Source of the DNA: Candidatus Hodarchaeota archaeon
Lineage (GTDB): Archaea > Asgardarchaeota > Lokiarchaeia > Sigyniarchaeales > SOKP01
NCBI GenBank assembly: GCA_048886685.1
Contig: JBHLKM010000002.1
Location: 263,532 to 327,531 of the forward strand
DNA: 64,000 nucleotides
Direction: 5' to 3'
Part shown: positions 39,253 through 48,255 of the stretch, piece by piece
Numbering within the stretch: the first letter of the stretch is position 1
How the letters are laid out: every line of letters begins with the position of its first letter
Made by a program: the position numbers and the translations under genes
The notes under the pieces: generated by a model
The model's database searches: none
What the model saw: only the letters and a program-made list of their open reading frames with translations
What the model was told of the DNA's origin: nothing

Positions 39253-39579
39253 GTGTAAAAGATATTTAGAAAAAAAAAAGAAAAGAAAAAGAAACTGAAA
39301 GAAGAAGTGAAAGAGGAAGAAGTGAAAGAGGGAGAAGTGAAAAAAGAAGAAGTGAAAAAAGAAGAAGTGTAATTATTTGAAGAAGATATTACCTAAATGA
39401 GGGCAAATGTATGTTTCATGTGTCATAAATAGGGACCTATTCTTGAAAATAATTATGTCAATAAAACACAATTGGAAAAGTTTGATTCAATGCATTTTGG
39501 TCAACCTGTTCAAGTTGTAAATAAAGAAAAGTTAGAAAATTATGAAGAATGGGAAAAATTTTTCATGAAAATAAAATAG
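39253..39579 (+). pseudogene. Decayed gene for a K/E-rich repeat plus small CxxC domain protein
   Basis: One frame V*KIFRKKK...(KEEEV)n*LFEEDIT*MRANVCFMCHK*GPIL...HFGQPVQVVN with in-frame stops at 39256, 39370, 39394 and 39430. Confidence 0.5.
39298..39369 (+). repeat. 15-bp tandem repeat (AAARARGRAGAAGTG) x4 plus a partial unit
   Basis: Seen directly; encodes KEEEV/KEGEV/KKEEV. Confidence 0.85.
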
Positions 39580-39765
39580 ATTATATCTTTCTAAGCAATT
39601 GTAATGAGAAGATTTCCTATTTCAAAAGTTACGTTCATTAGATGCGACGAATCTCAACCTTTAGAACCTGATTATACTTTACGGTATAAGGATGCATCAG
39701 AGATCCACATTAAAGAAAAAAGAGAATATTTATCAAAATTACTTTAAAATTATTAAAAAATACTT

Positions 39766-40263
39766 ATGTCTAAGATTAAGTTTGAAGAAAATCAGATTAT
39801 AATTAGAAATTATAAAACCTCTGATTATCACGCTACATTAGAAATATTAAAACAACTTCATGATCTATATGATATCAAATTAAATGAAAATCAATGGAGA
39901 CAATCGTCTGGTCTTAGACAATTTAAACCAAATTTTAAAAGAATTACATTGATTGCTGAACTAAAATCTACTAATGAAATTATAGGTTTGGGAATGATTG
40001 AAGCTTCAAAAAATCCCTTAGGTCAATATATTGGATACTTGGATAATTGGGCAATTAAAAAAGAATTCATCGGAAAACAACTAGGTAGAATCTTGGCAGA
40101 TAAAGCAATTCAAATATTAAAATCATGGGGTTGTGAATCAATTAGAATCAATCTTGGCTATGGCGCTCCAGAAAAATTGCTTAAACTATTTGGACAAATT
40201 GGATTTAATCCTATTATAATTGTGTTGGAAAGAAGATTTATTAATGGAGGTAAAGAATGTTGA
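39766..40263 (+). CDS. GNAT acetyltransferase (paralogue of 14519..15007)
   Basis: Shares QWRxSSGLRQFKPN, GYLDNWA, AIQILxSWGCxSIRINL. Confidence 0.8.
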   Translation: MSKIKFEENQIIIRNYKTSDYHATLEILKQLHDLYDIKLNENQWRQSSGLRQFKPNFKRITLIAELKSTNEIIGLGMIEASKNPLGQYIGYLDNWAIKKEFIGKQLGRILADKAIQILKSWGCESIRINLGYGAPEKLLKLFGQIGFNPIIIVLERRFINGGKEC

Positions 40264-40460
40264 AAGTAAAAAATACGATATCAGCTGAAGTGTTTATGCC
40301 GCAATTATTATCAGAGGGTAAATATTTTTGGATTAAGGTGAGATTTTTGTACGGGTTTCATGATAAAATCATTGGAGCAATTGAGACAATTCCTGAAATA
40401 ACTAAATATAAAATAACTGAACAGAAATTAGAAGAATTAGAAAAAAGTAAAAATAAATAA
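40257..40460 (+). pseudogene. Fragment of a PAS/PAC sensor domain
   Basis: YFWIKVRFLY...IIGAIETIPEITKYKITEQKLEE resembles a PAC motif plus linker; no other domain. Confidence 0.5.
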
Positions 40461-40496
40461 GATATACTGAAAATTAATAAGAAATTAGTGATTTAA

Positions 40497-40781
40497 TTGG
40501 AAGAGATTGTTATTCGAATCTTGATAAAAGAAGATCCTGAAAATACTTGTGCAAAATGTTGTAAAACTATGCAAGCTGTTGAAAAAATGATGAACACAGT
40601 TAATATTTTCAAGGATAAAGTTGAAATTATATATCAGGATGTGACATCTAATGAGATTATTGAAGAATATGGAAACCTTGAACCACCTGTAATATTCATA
40701 AATGGAATATTGTTTACTACGGGACATGTTCCTATTATAAAAAAGCTTGGAAAAAAAATATTTGAAATGTTAAATGAATAA
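40497..40781 (+). CDS. Small thioredoxin-fold protein
   Basis: CAKC, YGNLEPPVIFING, GHVP. Confidence 0.75.
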   Translation: MEEIVIRILIKEDPENTCAKCCKTMQAVEKMMNTVNIFKDKVEIIYQDVTSNEIIEEYGNLEPPVIFINGILFTTGHVPIIKKLGKKIFEMLNE

Positions 40782-40896
40782 ATTAGTTTTAATATGAATT
40801 TAAAATTTGAAATGTCCATATCTCATCCAAATCTCTGATCGAGTTCGATCAATATGTCCACCCGTTATAAAAATTAATCATATAATATTATTTACT

Positions 40897-41040
40897 TTAA
40901 CCTTTTGTATAAGCTGTCTTTTCCTTAATTCCACACAGAGGTAATTCACAGAGATTTAATTTATTTTTTTGTCTTTTAAATTCCTTTTCCATTTCTTTTT
41001 CTAATTCTTCACTCGTTATATGTGTATTATAAATCTTCAT
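40897..41040 (-). CDS. Small hypothetical protein, 47 aa (below the track cut-off)
   Basis: MKIYNTHITSEELEKEMEKEFKRQKNKLNLCELPLCGIKEKTAYTKG*. Confidence 0.35.
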   Translation of the reverse strand: MKIYNTHITSEELEKEMEKEFKRQKNKLNLCELPLCGIKEKTAYTKG

Positions 41041-41179
41041 ATTATATCATCTCTTTATTTTCAGTTAAAAATCATATTTTACTATATTTTAATCGATTTT
41101 ATTAAGATCTTAAATTAACTTCATTTTTCGGTTTTAAAAAGTATGAAATTTTATTGTACTTCTCTTTTTTTTCTATGTT

Positions 41180-41395
41180 TTATTTTTGCATCCAGATCGA
41201 TATTGCGAAAGGATTTGAATTAATCTCCAAATTGTCTGAATTATGATTTAATTTATTTAATCTACCTTGTTTATCAATAAAAACACAGGGAGCTATTTCT
41301 ACTATTATTAGTTCTGGATTTACATTATAATTTCCATTATAATCTTCAAAGCATTTTTTATATTTTAATTTATTATTCATAATCTCTCTTTTCAT
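41180..41395 (-). CDS. Hypothetical protein, 71 aa
   Basis: ORF directly downstream of the FrhB fusion; no motif. Confidence 0.4.
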   Translation of the reverse strand: MKREIMNNKLKYKKCFEDYNGNYNVNPELIIVEIAPCVFIDKQGRLNKLNHNSDNLEINSNPFAISIWMQK

Positions 41396-41414
41396 TACTT
41401 ATTCAACCCTCTTT

Positions 41415-43286
41415 TCAAATAATATTTAATTCAATCGGTCTTGAGCTATCTCTTTTTATTCCTGCTAGCCTTTCTATTTTTAATTGAAGGGGTTTTTTAT
41501 CCAGGTGACTTTTAATTTCAATTAAACCATATTTGATAGCCCCATTAAAAATTTCTTCCCCTGTTTTCGTTCTTGTAATAACAGAAGACCATCCTACTTT
41601 GGAACCAATTGAACCAATTGAAAGATCTGCTAATTCAGCAGTAAAATCATCGCAATAATTACAGAAATCAGAACCATATAACTCACATTCCTCTAAAGGA
41701 ATTGAAAAGATTTCCCCAGATCGAAGAGTTATAACAAATTTTCCAACGTTTATGTCCATTTTAGTTATTTCGTCAATATTAGCACTGAATTTATTTCTAA
41801 AAAACTGAAGGATTTTCTTATAAGGAAAGGATTCTCTACAAAAAATCCCTATTTTATATTTTATATTGTTTAATAAAGGTATTTTTACTGGAAATAATTC
41901 ACCTTTAAAAATTGCTTTTATTTTACATGGTAGAGCAACTAGCGCTAGTTTTTCAAATTTTTTTGCTTTATCTAAAATTGATAAAATTGGAGCATGAACG
42001 TAGGTACTACCTGCTGCTTTATACAGGTCTTCTACTTTTTCTATTATGCTAACTTCAGGTTTCCAATATTTTTTTGAGTGTTTAATTGTTATTACTGCAT
42101 TTATTAAATTTTGGTTAAATAAATAATTGAGTAATGAAGTAACTACGCCTCCATCTTGTCCTACTTTTTTAATTGTATATTTTAATGTTCTTGCCGAAAA
42201 AATATTTTTATAATAACCTAATTCATTGGAATATTTTAAAGAAGTATCAGACTTTTTAATAAGCTTCTTTATTTTATCGATTGAAAAAGATTGTGGGCAT
42301 ACACTATAACATAGACCACAATTACAACATAAACCCTCATCCCTGTATAGATAATCTGTAGTAAGTTCAAGGCAATCTACTGGACATATTGATGTACATA
42401 AACCACAACGACAACAAACTTTATTATCCTGAACTATAGAAACTGATTTGAAATAATTCTTCCTATAACTTTCCTTAATTTCTTTAATTCTGTATTTATA
42501 ACAAAATTCTCTTAGTCCTATTGATTTATTATGATTTAATTTATATTCTGGAATTTCTTCAATGTATCCTTGTTCTTTTAAGTAAAAAATATCTCGAATG
42601 ATATTTTTTACTGAAAAATCAAAAAGATTTATTATTTCTTTTAATGTTAAGGGATTATATCTTTTTAATTCATCAAGTATATAATTCCTAGCAGTTTCAG
42701 CTTCAAAAATCGAATCTAATAAATATGTAAGATCACTTTCATTATATCTTCCTGATTTTAAAATATTTTCTTTTGCTTTGAATAATGATCTATATTGAAA
42801 ATTGTAAGAAGCCTTATATGATGAATATAGCAATTTTTTTATTGGAATCGTTTCAAAATCATAATTATAATTTGACGTTATATGTGTTTTTCGAATTCCT
42901 GAATTAACTGGATTAGGACCAGAATGAATTAATTTTCTTAAGAAATTTTTAAACGTTTCATCTAATTTAGTTTGATTGGTTCCATCAAATTTAAATAACT
43001 TTACTCTTTGATTACCTAAACCTCTTCTTCTTAAAATTCGATTTACTTCTTCTATCGGTTTATGAAATGAATTAAATTTTGAGATAAACTCATCTGTTAT
43101 TATTCTACCTTTAATTATAATAAATATACCGTCAAAACCAAGGTATATTGCCTTTAATAATTGTGTTATATCAAGTGTTCCTATATTCTCTAATTTACTA
43201 ATTTTAACAGAATCTAGTTCTTTAAATTTTTTGATTAATCTAAAATCTGATTCGTTATATTTATATCCAGGGCTCGAAAATATCAT
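41415..43286 (-). CDS. Fusion: Cys-less MvhD-like domain, winged HTH and FrhB/FdhB F420-binding domain
   Basis: LENIGTLDITQLLKAIYLGFDGI (MvhD fold without ligands); ILDELKRYNPLTLKEII...IIRDIFYLKEQGYI (wHTH); 2x[4Fe-4S], GQDGGVVTSLL, LPCK, GIFCRE, ADLSIGSIG. Confidence 0.8.
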   Translation of the reverse strand: MIFSSPGYKYNESDFRLIKKFKELDSVKISKLENIGTLDITQLLKAIYLGFDGIFIIIKGRIITDEFISKFNSFHKPIEEVNRILRRRGLGNQRVKLFKFDGTNQTKLDETFKNFLRKLIHSGPNPVNSGIRKTHITSNYNYDFETIPIKKLLYSSYKASYNFQYRSLFKAKENILKSGRYNESDLTYLLDSIFEAETARNYILDELKRYNPLTLKEIINLFDFSVKNIIRDIFYLKEQGYIEEIPEYKLNHNKSIGLREFCYKYRIKEIKESYRKNYFKSVSIVQDNKVCCRCGLCTSICPVDCLELTTDYLYRDEGLCCNCGLCYSVCPQSFSIDKIKKLIKKSDTSLKYSNELGYYKNIFSARTLKYTIKKVGQDGGVVTSLLNYLFNQNLINAVITIKHSKKYWKPEVSIIEKVEDLYKAAGSTYVHAPILSILDKAKKFEKLALVALPCKIKAIFKGELFPVKIPLLNNIKYKIGIFCRESFPYKKILQFFRNKFSANIDEITKMDINVGKFVITLRSGEIFSIPLEECELYGSDFCNYCDDFTAELADLSIGSIGSKVGWSSVITRTKTGEEIFNGAIKYGLIEIKSHLDKKPLQLKIERLAGIKRDSSRPIELNII

Positions 43287-43485
43287 TATTTTATATTCAA
43301 TAATAAATCACCAAATTTTTATGAATATATTTAATTTAAATAATTTTAATATTATATATCCAATAATTATATATGTAATTAGATCATTTATATGTTAGTA
43401 ATACTATAATGAATATAATAAAATCTATAAAACAATCATTAAAATTAATAGTAATATAAAAAATGAAACAAATTGATGTTAAAAA

Positions 43486-44922
43486 ATGATAACAAAAGAA
43501 CATATGATTGATTATTTACAATGCGATATTTCATCTTTTGGATTTCAAGACTTATATGATTTAGTTATAAGTAAGAAAAATTGCGTAAACTGTGGAGCTT
43601 GTCTCTCGATATGCCCTCGTATCGGTCTTAATGAAAATGAACCCATACTTATAGATTATGACCCACAATGTTCATTATGTTTCAAATATTGCCCAAGAAC
43701 ATTTTTTCCAAAAGAACTCTTTGAAAAAGAACTTTTTAATGAAAAAATCCAAAAAGATTTTCTTTTAGGTATTTTTCAAAAAATAACTGTTGCTAGAAGC
43801 ATTGATAATAATATTTTAAATAATGCTCAAAATGGTGGAGTCGTAACTGCATTACTTATTAATGCATTAAATTTAGGATTAATTGATGGAGTTATCATGG
43901 CTAATAAAGATGAAGATTGGCGCCCTAAACCCATCATAGCAAGAACTCCAGAAGAAGTAATTGATGCTGCGGGTTCAATCTATGCTATGATACCAACTTT
44001 AAGTATATATAAAAAAGCTGTGTACGATTATGAAATTGAAAATCTTGGATTTGTCGGCTTACCATGTCAAATTCAAGCAGTAAGAAAATTTCAATTGTGG
44101 CCACCTCTTTCAGACAAATATGGTAAATTTAAATTAATTATTGGATTATTTTGTTCATCTAATTATTCATATAACTCATTGTATAACATAATACACGATT
44201 TATTGGGAGTTTCTCCTAGGGAAATCAAAAAACTTGATGTTTCGCATGGGAAGTTTATTGTTTATTTGATTAATGGAACTGTTAAAAACATCTCAATAAA
44301 AGATACAAGTAAATTTCATTATTTAAGCTGTGAACATTGTAAAGATTATACTGCTGAATTTGCGGATATTTCCGTAGGGAGTGTAGGTGCCCTAAGTGAT
44401 AATTGGAATAGTGTTATTATTCGCTCTAACACAGGTCAAAAACTTTTTAATGATGCTTTAAAAAAAGGAAAAATAATTAATTCGAATAAATTAGATCTTA
44501 TCAAAATCAAGAAAGCTTCCAAAAAGAAGAAAACGCAAATAATGGAAATGAGCGACAAGATTTATTCTGCTCTTAAATTATTTAATATAACTAAACCTCA
44601 AGTAAAAGTATACACTACACTTTTATCCTTAAGAGAAGCTGATTTGTCTTTGTTGAGTGAAATTATGAAGTTAAAGCCCGAAATAGTGTATAATATACTT
44701 AAAATATTGGAGCAGAGAAAATGGATATCTAAAAATAAAAATTTTTACAGACCAATTAATCCTTCTCAAGTATTGAAAAATGAAATAAATCAATATTTAA
44801 GTAAATTCAAAAATCACGTCAATATAATTAAAAGAAAGATTTTAAAGGATTTAAATACAATTTTTATACAAAATAATCTAATGGATGTAGAAAATCTGGA
44901 CTTCATGGATATCATTTTCTAA
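43486..44922 (+). CDS. Fusion: FrhB/FdhB domain and C-terminal TrmB-type HTH
   Basis: CVNCGACLSICP, AQNGGVVTALL, GLPCQ, GLFC, ADISVGSVG; C-terminal ITKPQVKVYTTLL...IVYNILKILEQRKWI...YRPINP. Confidence 0.82.
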   Translation: MITKEHMIDYLQCDISSFGFQDLYDLVISKKNCVNCGACLSICPRIGLNENEPILIDYDPQCSLCFKYCPRTFFPKELFEKELFNEKIQKDFLLGIFQKITVARSIDNNILNNAQNGGVVTALLINALNLGLIDGVIMANKDEDWRPKPIIARTPEEVIDAAGSIYAMIPTLSIYKKAVYDYEIENLGFVGLPCQIQAVRKFQLWPPLSDKYGKFKLIIGLFCSSNYSYNSLYNIIHDLLGVSPREIKKLDVSHGKFIVYLINGTVKNISIKDTSKFHYLSCEHCKDYTAEFADISVGSVGALSDNWNSVIIRSNTGQKLFNDALKKGKIINSNKLDLIKIKKASKKKKTQIMEMSDKIYSALKLFNITKPQVKVYTTLLSLREADLSLLSEIMKLKPEIVYNILKILEQRKWISKNKNFYRPINPSQVLKNEINQYLSKFKNHVNIIKRKILKDLNTIFIQNNLMDVENLDFMDIIF

Positions 44923-45018
44923 AAATAAAAATATAATTTTATAACTCTACTTAATGTTGATGTAAACGATTAGTCTGAATTTTCTTTGGCCCGATTAATT
45001 AAAATTTAAAAAAAAAAT

Positions 45019-46704
45019 TTAAGTAGAGATTCTTATTTTATTTCCTAGCAAGATCTTCCTTGCTTGTTCAAAAGCATAATTATAATCAAAAACTTTTTTT
45101 CCTTTAGTATTCGATGCTTCTTTAAGGATCTCCGCCTCGATATTAGATTTTAAGCGTCCTAATGCTAATGCACCAATTCCGAAAATACTTGGGTATATTT
45201 CTTTGTAATCATCTTTTGGCTTTAAACCCTCAACACCATAAGGAGGGACAAGATTAATATCGATTATAAGCTTGTTTTGAAGTTTAATTAGTAAATCTTT
45301 TGATAAAATTTGTACAGCAGCAGCAGCTAGACTCCAAATTATATCCGCATCTTTTACTATTTCTAATTTCTTTTCATCATTTGGTGCGAAGACACCGATT
45401 ATTTCAGTATCGTTTACTCCAACTTCTTCATTTAATTCTTTTACTAGGTTTTTAATGAAATTTTCATTTGATTTTTCCCAAGTTTCAACCAAATAAGTTT
45501 TACATTTTAATTTCGTTGCTAATATTGCAGCAATTCTTCCAACAGGTCCTGCTCCAAAGATGACTATTTTTTTCCCTTTTAAATCAAACAAATCATTCTT
45601 TTTAGAAATTTCCATAGTTTTAGCGACTATTGAAGCGGCAGTAGTATGAGAACCACGAGGATCAATAATTACTGGGCATTCAAAAGGAGGTACCAACGAT
45701 TCTATTACTTTTTTAGCAATTTTTTCACCCTCTTTAACATTGGATCCACCAATAAAGAACGTGGTAGGAGCTTTCGGTTTTCTAGAAAAAATAGCATCTT
45801 GAACAAGTTTTGGGACTTGATCAGCAGTCATCCTACTAAAGGGGATGACAATATCAAAGCCAGCATCATAAGCCATATTTATATCGAAAGGAGAAGCATT
45901 ATTATCAGTATCAAAAAAATAACATATTTTTTCTAACGTTTCATTCTGTTTCACTTTAATTGGAGTTAATTCGATTATAGATTTACCAATGATAGTTTTA
46001 AATGAATTAGAACGAGGATTGTTTACAACTCTAGCTAACCGTTTGATTTTTATTTCTTCTGTTTCAATGCCTAATTCTTCTGCCAGTTGAGTGATCCCTT
46101 TGAAATGCCTAGGATCACAGAAAAAAAATGCTGTTAATTTTCCTCCTGCCATTTCCTTCGCAAATTTTAAAATGCCCATCATCATCCATGCTTCTCGAAC
46201 TTCGTATCTTATTTTATTCTCGTGAAGGTTGTATTCTTGTTGTAGGTATTCCCTCCATAAAAACATACGTTGAAACTCAAAATTATCTTTTGGAAATGTT
46301 TTTCCGTTAACCTTTATCATAGCTTTAATCGATTTTGTTAATTGTTTTATAAGTGTTCTAAGATCCTCCAAATTCGAGGAAAGATAATTTTCTGCGTTTT
46401 CTGAAATATCTACTATTTTATAAGGGATATGATTTTCTTCAAATAATGATTCTAGAGGATCATCAGGAGAAATTGTATCTTCCCAACGACTTCCTTTTTC
46501 TTCTAATGCGAAATCAGGATTGTATTTACCTATCAACTCTTTAATTAGATTGAGGTACTCTTTAGAAATCAAATGTAAATTCCATACTAAATCGTGCCTT
46601 TTCTGTGCTGATGTCTCAAACCACCAATCTATTGGAAATTCACTTTCAATCAATACTAATTTCAAACTCTTTCTCTTTAGAGGTTTTAACTCTAAAACTT
46701 CCAT
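45019..46704 (-). CDS. NAD(P)-dependent methylene-H4MPT dehydrogenase (MtdB/MtdA family) with about 255 aa of extra N-terminal domain
   Basis: DTDNNASPFDINMAYDAGFD, DAIFSR, DPRGSHTTAA, GAGPVG, DINLVPPYGVEG, GIGALALG. Confidence 0.85.
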   Translation of the reverse strand: MEVLELKPLKRKSLKLVLIESEFPIDWWFETSAQKRHDLVWNLHLISKEYLNLIKELIGKYNPDFALEEKGSRWEDTISPDDPLESLFEENHIPYKIVDISENAENYLSSNLEDLRTLIKQLTKSIKAMIKVNGKTFPKDNFEFQRMFLWREYLQQEYNLHENKIRYEVREAWMMMGILKFAKEMAGGKLTAFFFCDPRHFKGITQLAEELGIETEEIKIKRLARVVNNPRSNSFKTIIGKSIIELTPIKVKQNETLEKICYFFDTDNNASPFDINMAYDAGFDIVIPFSRMTADQVPKLVQDAIFSRKPKAPTTFFIGGSNVKEGEKIAKKVIESLVPPFECPVIIDPRGSHTTAASIVAKTMEISKKNDLFDLKGKKIVIFGAGPVGRIAAILATKLKCKTYLVETWEKSNENFIKNLVKELNEEVGVNDTEIIGVFAPNDEKKLEIVKDADIIWSLAAAAVQILSKDLLIKLQNKLIIDINLVPPYGVEGLKPKDDYKEIYPSIFGIGALALGRLKSNIEAEILKEASNTKGKKVFDYNYAFEQARKILLGNKIRIST

Positions 46705-47333
46705 TAATTACTCTCCCCCTGTTTTATAATTAAATATGGAATATTATGAATACTATAATAATCATAGACAATCGCCTCTATTTGAAGCTCTTTTAATTGT
46801 TTTATTATTTCTGGAAGAGTTATTTTATGAGCAAAATGAATAAGAAAAATTTTTTCATTTTGATAGGTCCTAACTATATCTAAGATTTTTTTAACAATCC
46901 ACTGTGGTCTTGTTTTCAATTCTAGAATATTTTTATCCTGAAAAACCTCCTTCTTTAGAACATCAATCCAAGATTTTAGATTTAATCCTTTAAAAGAATA
47001 TTTATCATCCATATTTCGATATTCCTGTAATAGTTCACTAATTTTTTCTTCATTTTTTGTTATTTCAGCATACAGACACCCATATGCATGCTCAGGCATA
47101 TCCAATAGGTAATATTCGATGTTAAAAGCATTTAAAATCCTTAATAGAGTTGAATTTTTAAAGGTTTTGAAATTTATCCCATTTATATCAACAGTAATAA
47201 ATTTAATGTTATTATTCTCTATTATTTCCTTTAAAATTTCAAGATCAGTAAGTTGAGAATCAAATCCTATATTTTCCAATAAATATATAACTATTTTTTT
47301 ATTGCTTATCGGTTTTAATTTTAATACTTCCAT
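46704..47333 (-). CDS. Hypothetical protein homologous to the N-terminal domain of the downstream Mtd fusion
   Basis: MEVLKLKP vs MEVLELKP; IEYYLLDMPEHA vs IPYKIVDISENA; RPQWIVKKIL vs REAWMMMGIL. Confidence 0.7.
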   Translation of the reverse strand: MEVLKLKPISNKKIVIYLLENIGFDSQLTDLEILKEIIENNNIKFITVDINGINFKTFKNSTLLRILNAFNIEYYLLDMPEHAYGCLYAEITKNEEKISELLQEYRNMDDKYSFKGLNLKSWIDVLKKEVFQDKNILELKTRPQWIVKKILDIVRTYQNEKIFLIHFAHKITLPEIIKQLKELQIEAIVYDYYSIHNIPYLIIKQGESN

Positions 47334-48096
47334 CTTAATTATCCACCTTTTTAAAATTATTCTTAAAATGTATACATGGAACTGTCATAACGTTATTAAA
47401 CGACCCCTTTCCGTATTTTTGAGCTATGAGATTAGTTCCAATTAGATAATAAGTTGATTAAAATTTAAATAGTTTGAAAAGAAAATTTTTCGTCATTTTG
47501 ACAAATTAAATTTTCAAAAAATTTCTTTAATAATTATTCTTTTCATATAAAAAATTGAAATTTAACCTCATTATAATAATCATACAATTTTAAAAGAGAT
47601 ATTTTAAAAATTGTTTTAGTCAAATTACTTATCAAAAAAATTTTAGTTACAGTTTAATACAATTTTTTGTTGATAGAGGTTAAAAGTTTTAGTAGAATTA
47701 CTAATGAAAGAGTATAGACAAATTTGTTAGATATTAATTAACAAATCTGTACAAATTTATAAATATTTTGTGCTTTTTAAAAATTTTGTTAAATAAAATC
47801 TATAAATTGAAAATAGAATTCTCCTTTTTGATCATTGACATACTCAATCTTACCTTTTATTCTTATTATTATAACTAAAATTCTCAATTATCTATAATAT
47901 CACTATTATAATTAAACAATAAAAATGAGGAAAAGCTCTATTAGATGCAAGGATTTTTAAATAAAAATTACCTCTTTCATAATGGGATTAGATCTTTTTA
48001 AAAAATATATTTTAAAAAAAACACAATATTGTCAAAATAATATATTTAATTCCTGAAAATATCAGGTTTTAAATTAAAAATGGGGGTGGTAAATAC

Positions 48097-48249
48097 ATGT
48101 TAATAGAAAAGATAGAAGAGAAAGAAATATGTAATAAGTGTAAGGCACCTTTAGAAGGTAATGACTATATATACAGACGTAAAGCATCTAATGTTATAAC
48201 ATATGTGTGTTCTAAATGTGGATATTTTGAGATTTATATCAAGGAGTAA
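48097..48249 (+). CDS. Small Zn-ribbon protein, 50 aa (below the track cut-off)
   Basis: MLIEKIEEKEICNKCKAPLEG...YVCSKCGYFEIYIKE*; GGTGGT SD; first gene of the operon. Confidence 0.75.
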   Translation: MLIEKIEEKEICNKCKAPLEGNDYIYRRKASNVITYVCSKCGYFEIYIKE

Positions 48250-48255
48250 AAGTCC

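Noticed and set aside
39430-39432. In-frame TAG as pyrrolysine or amber recoding
   Set aside because: The same frame also has three TAA stops; decay is the simpler explanation.
47480-47800. Second operator family (ACAAA...TTTGT-like), also near 56.5-56.7 kb
   Set aside because: Too degenerate against a very AT-rich background to call without a motif-enrichment test.
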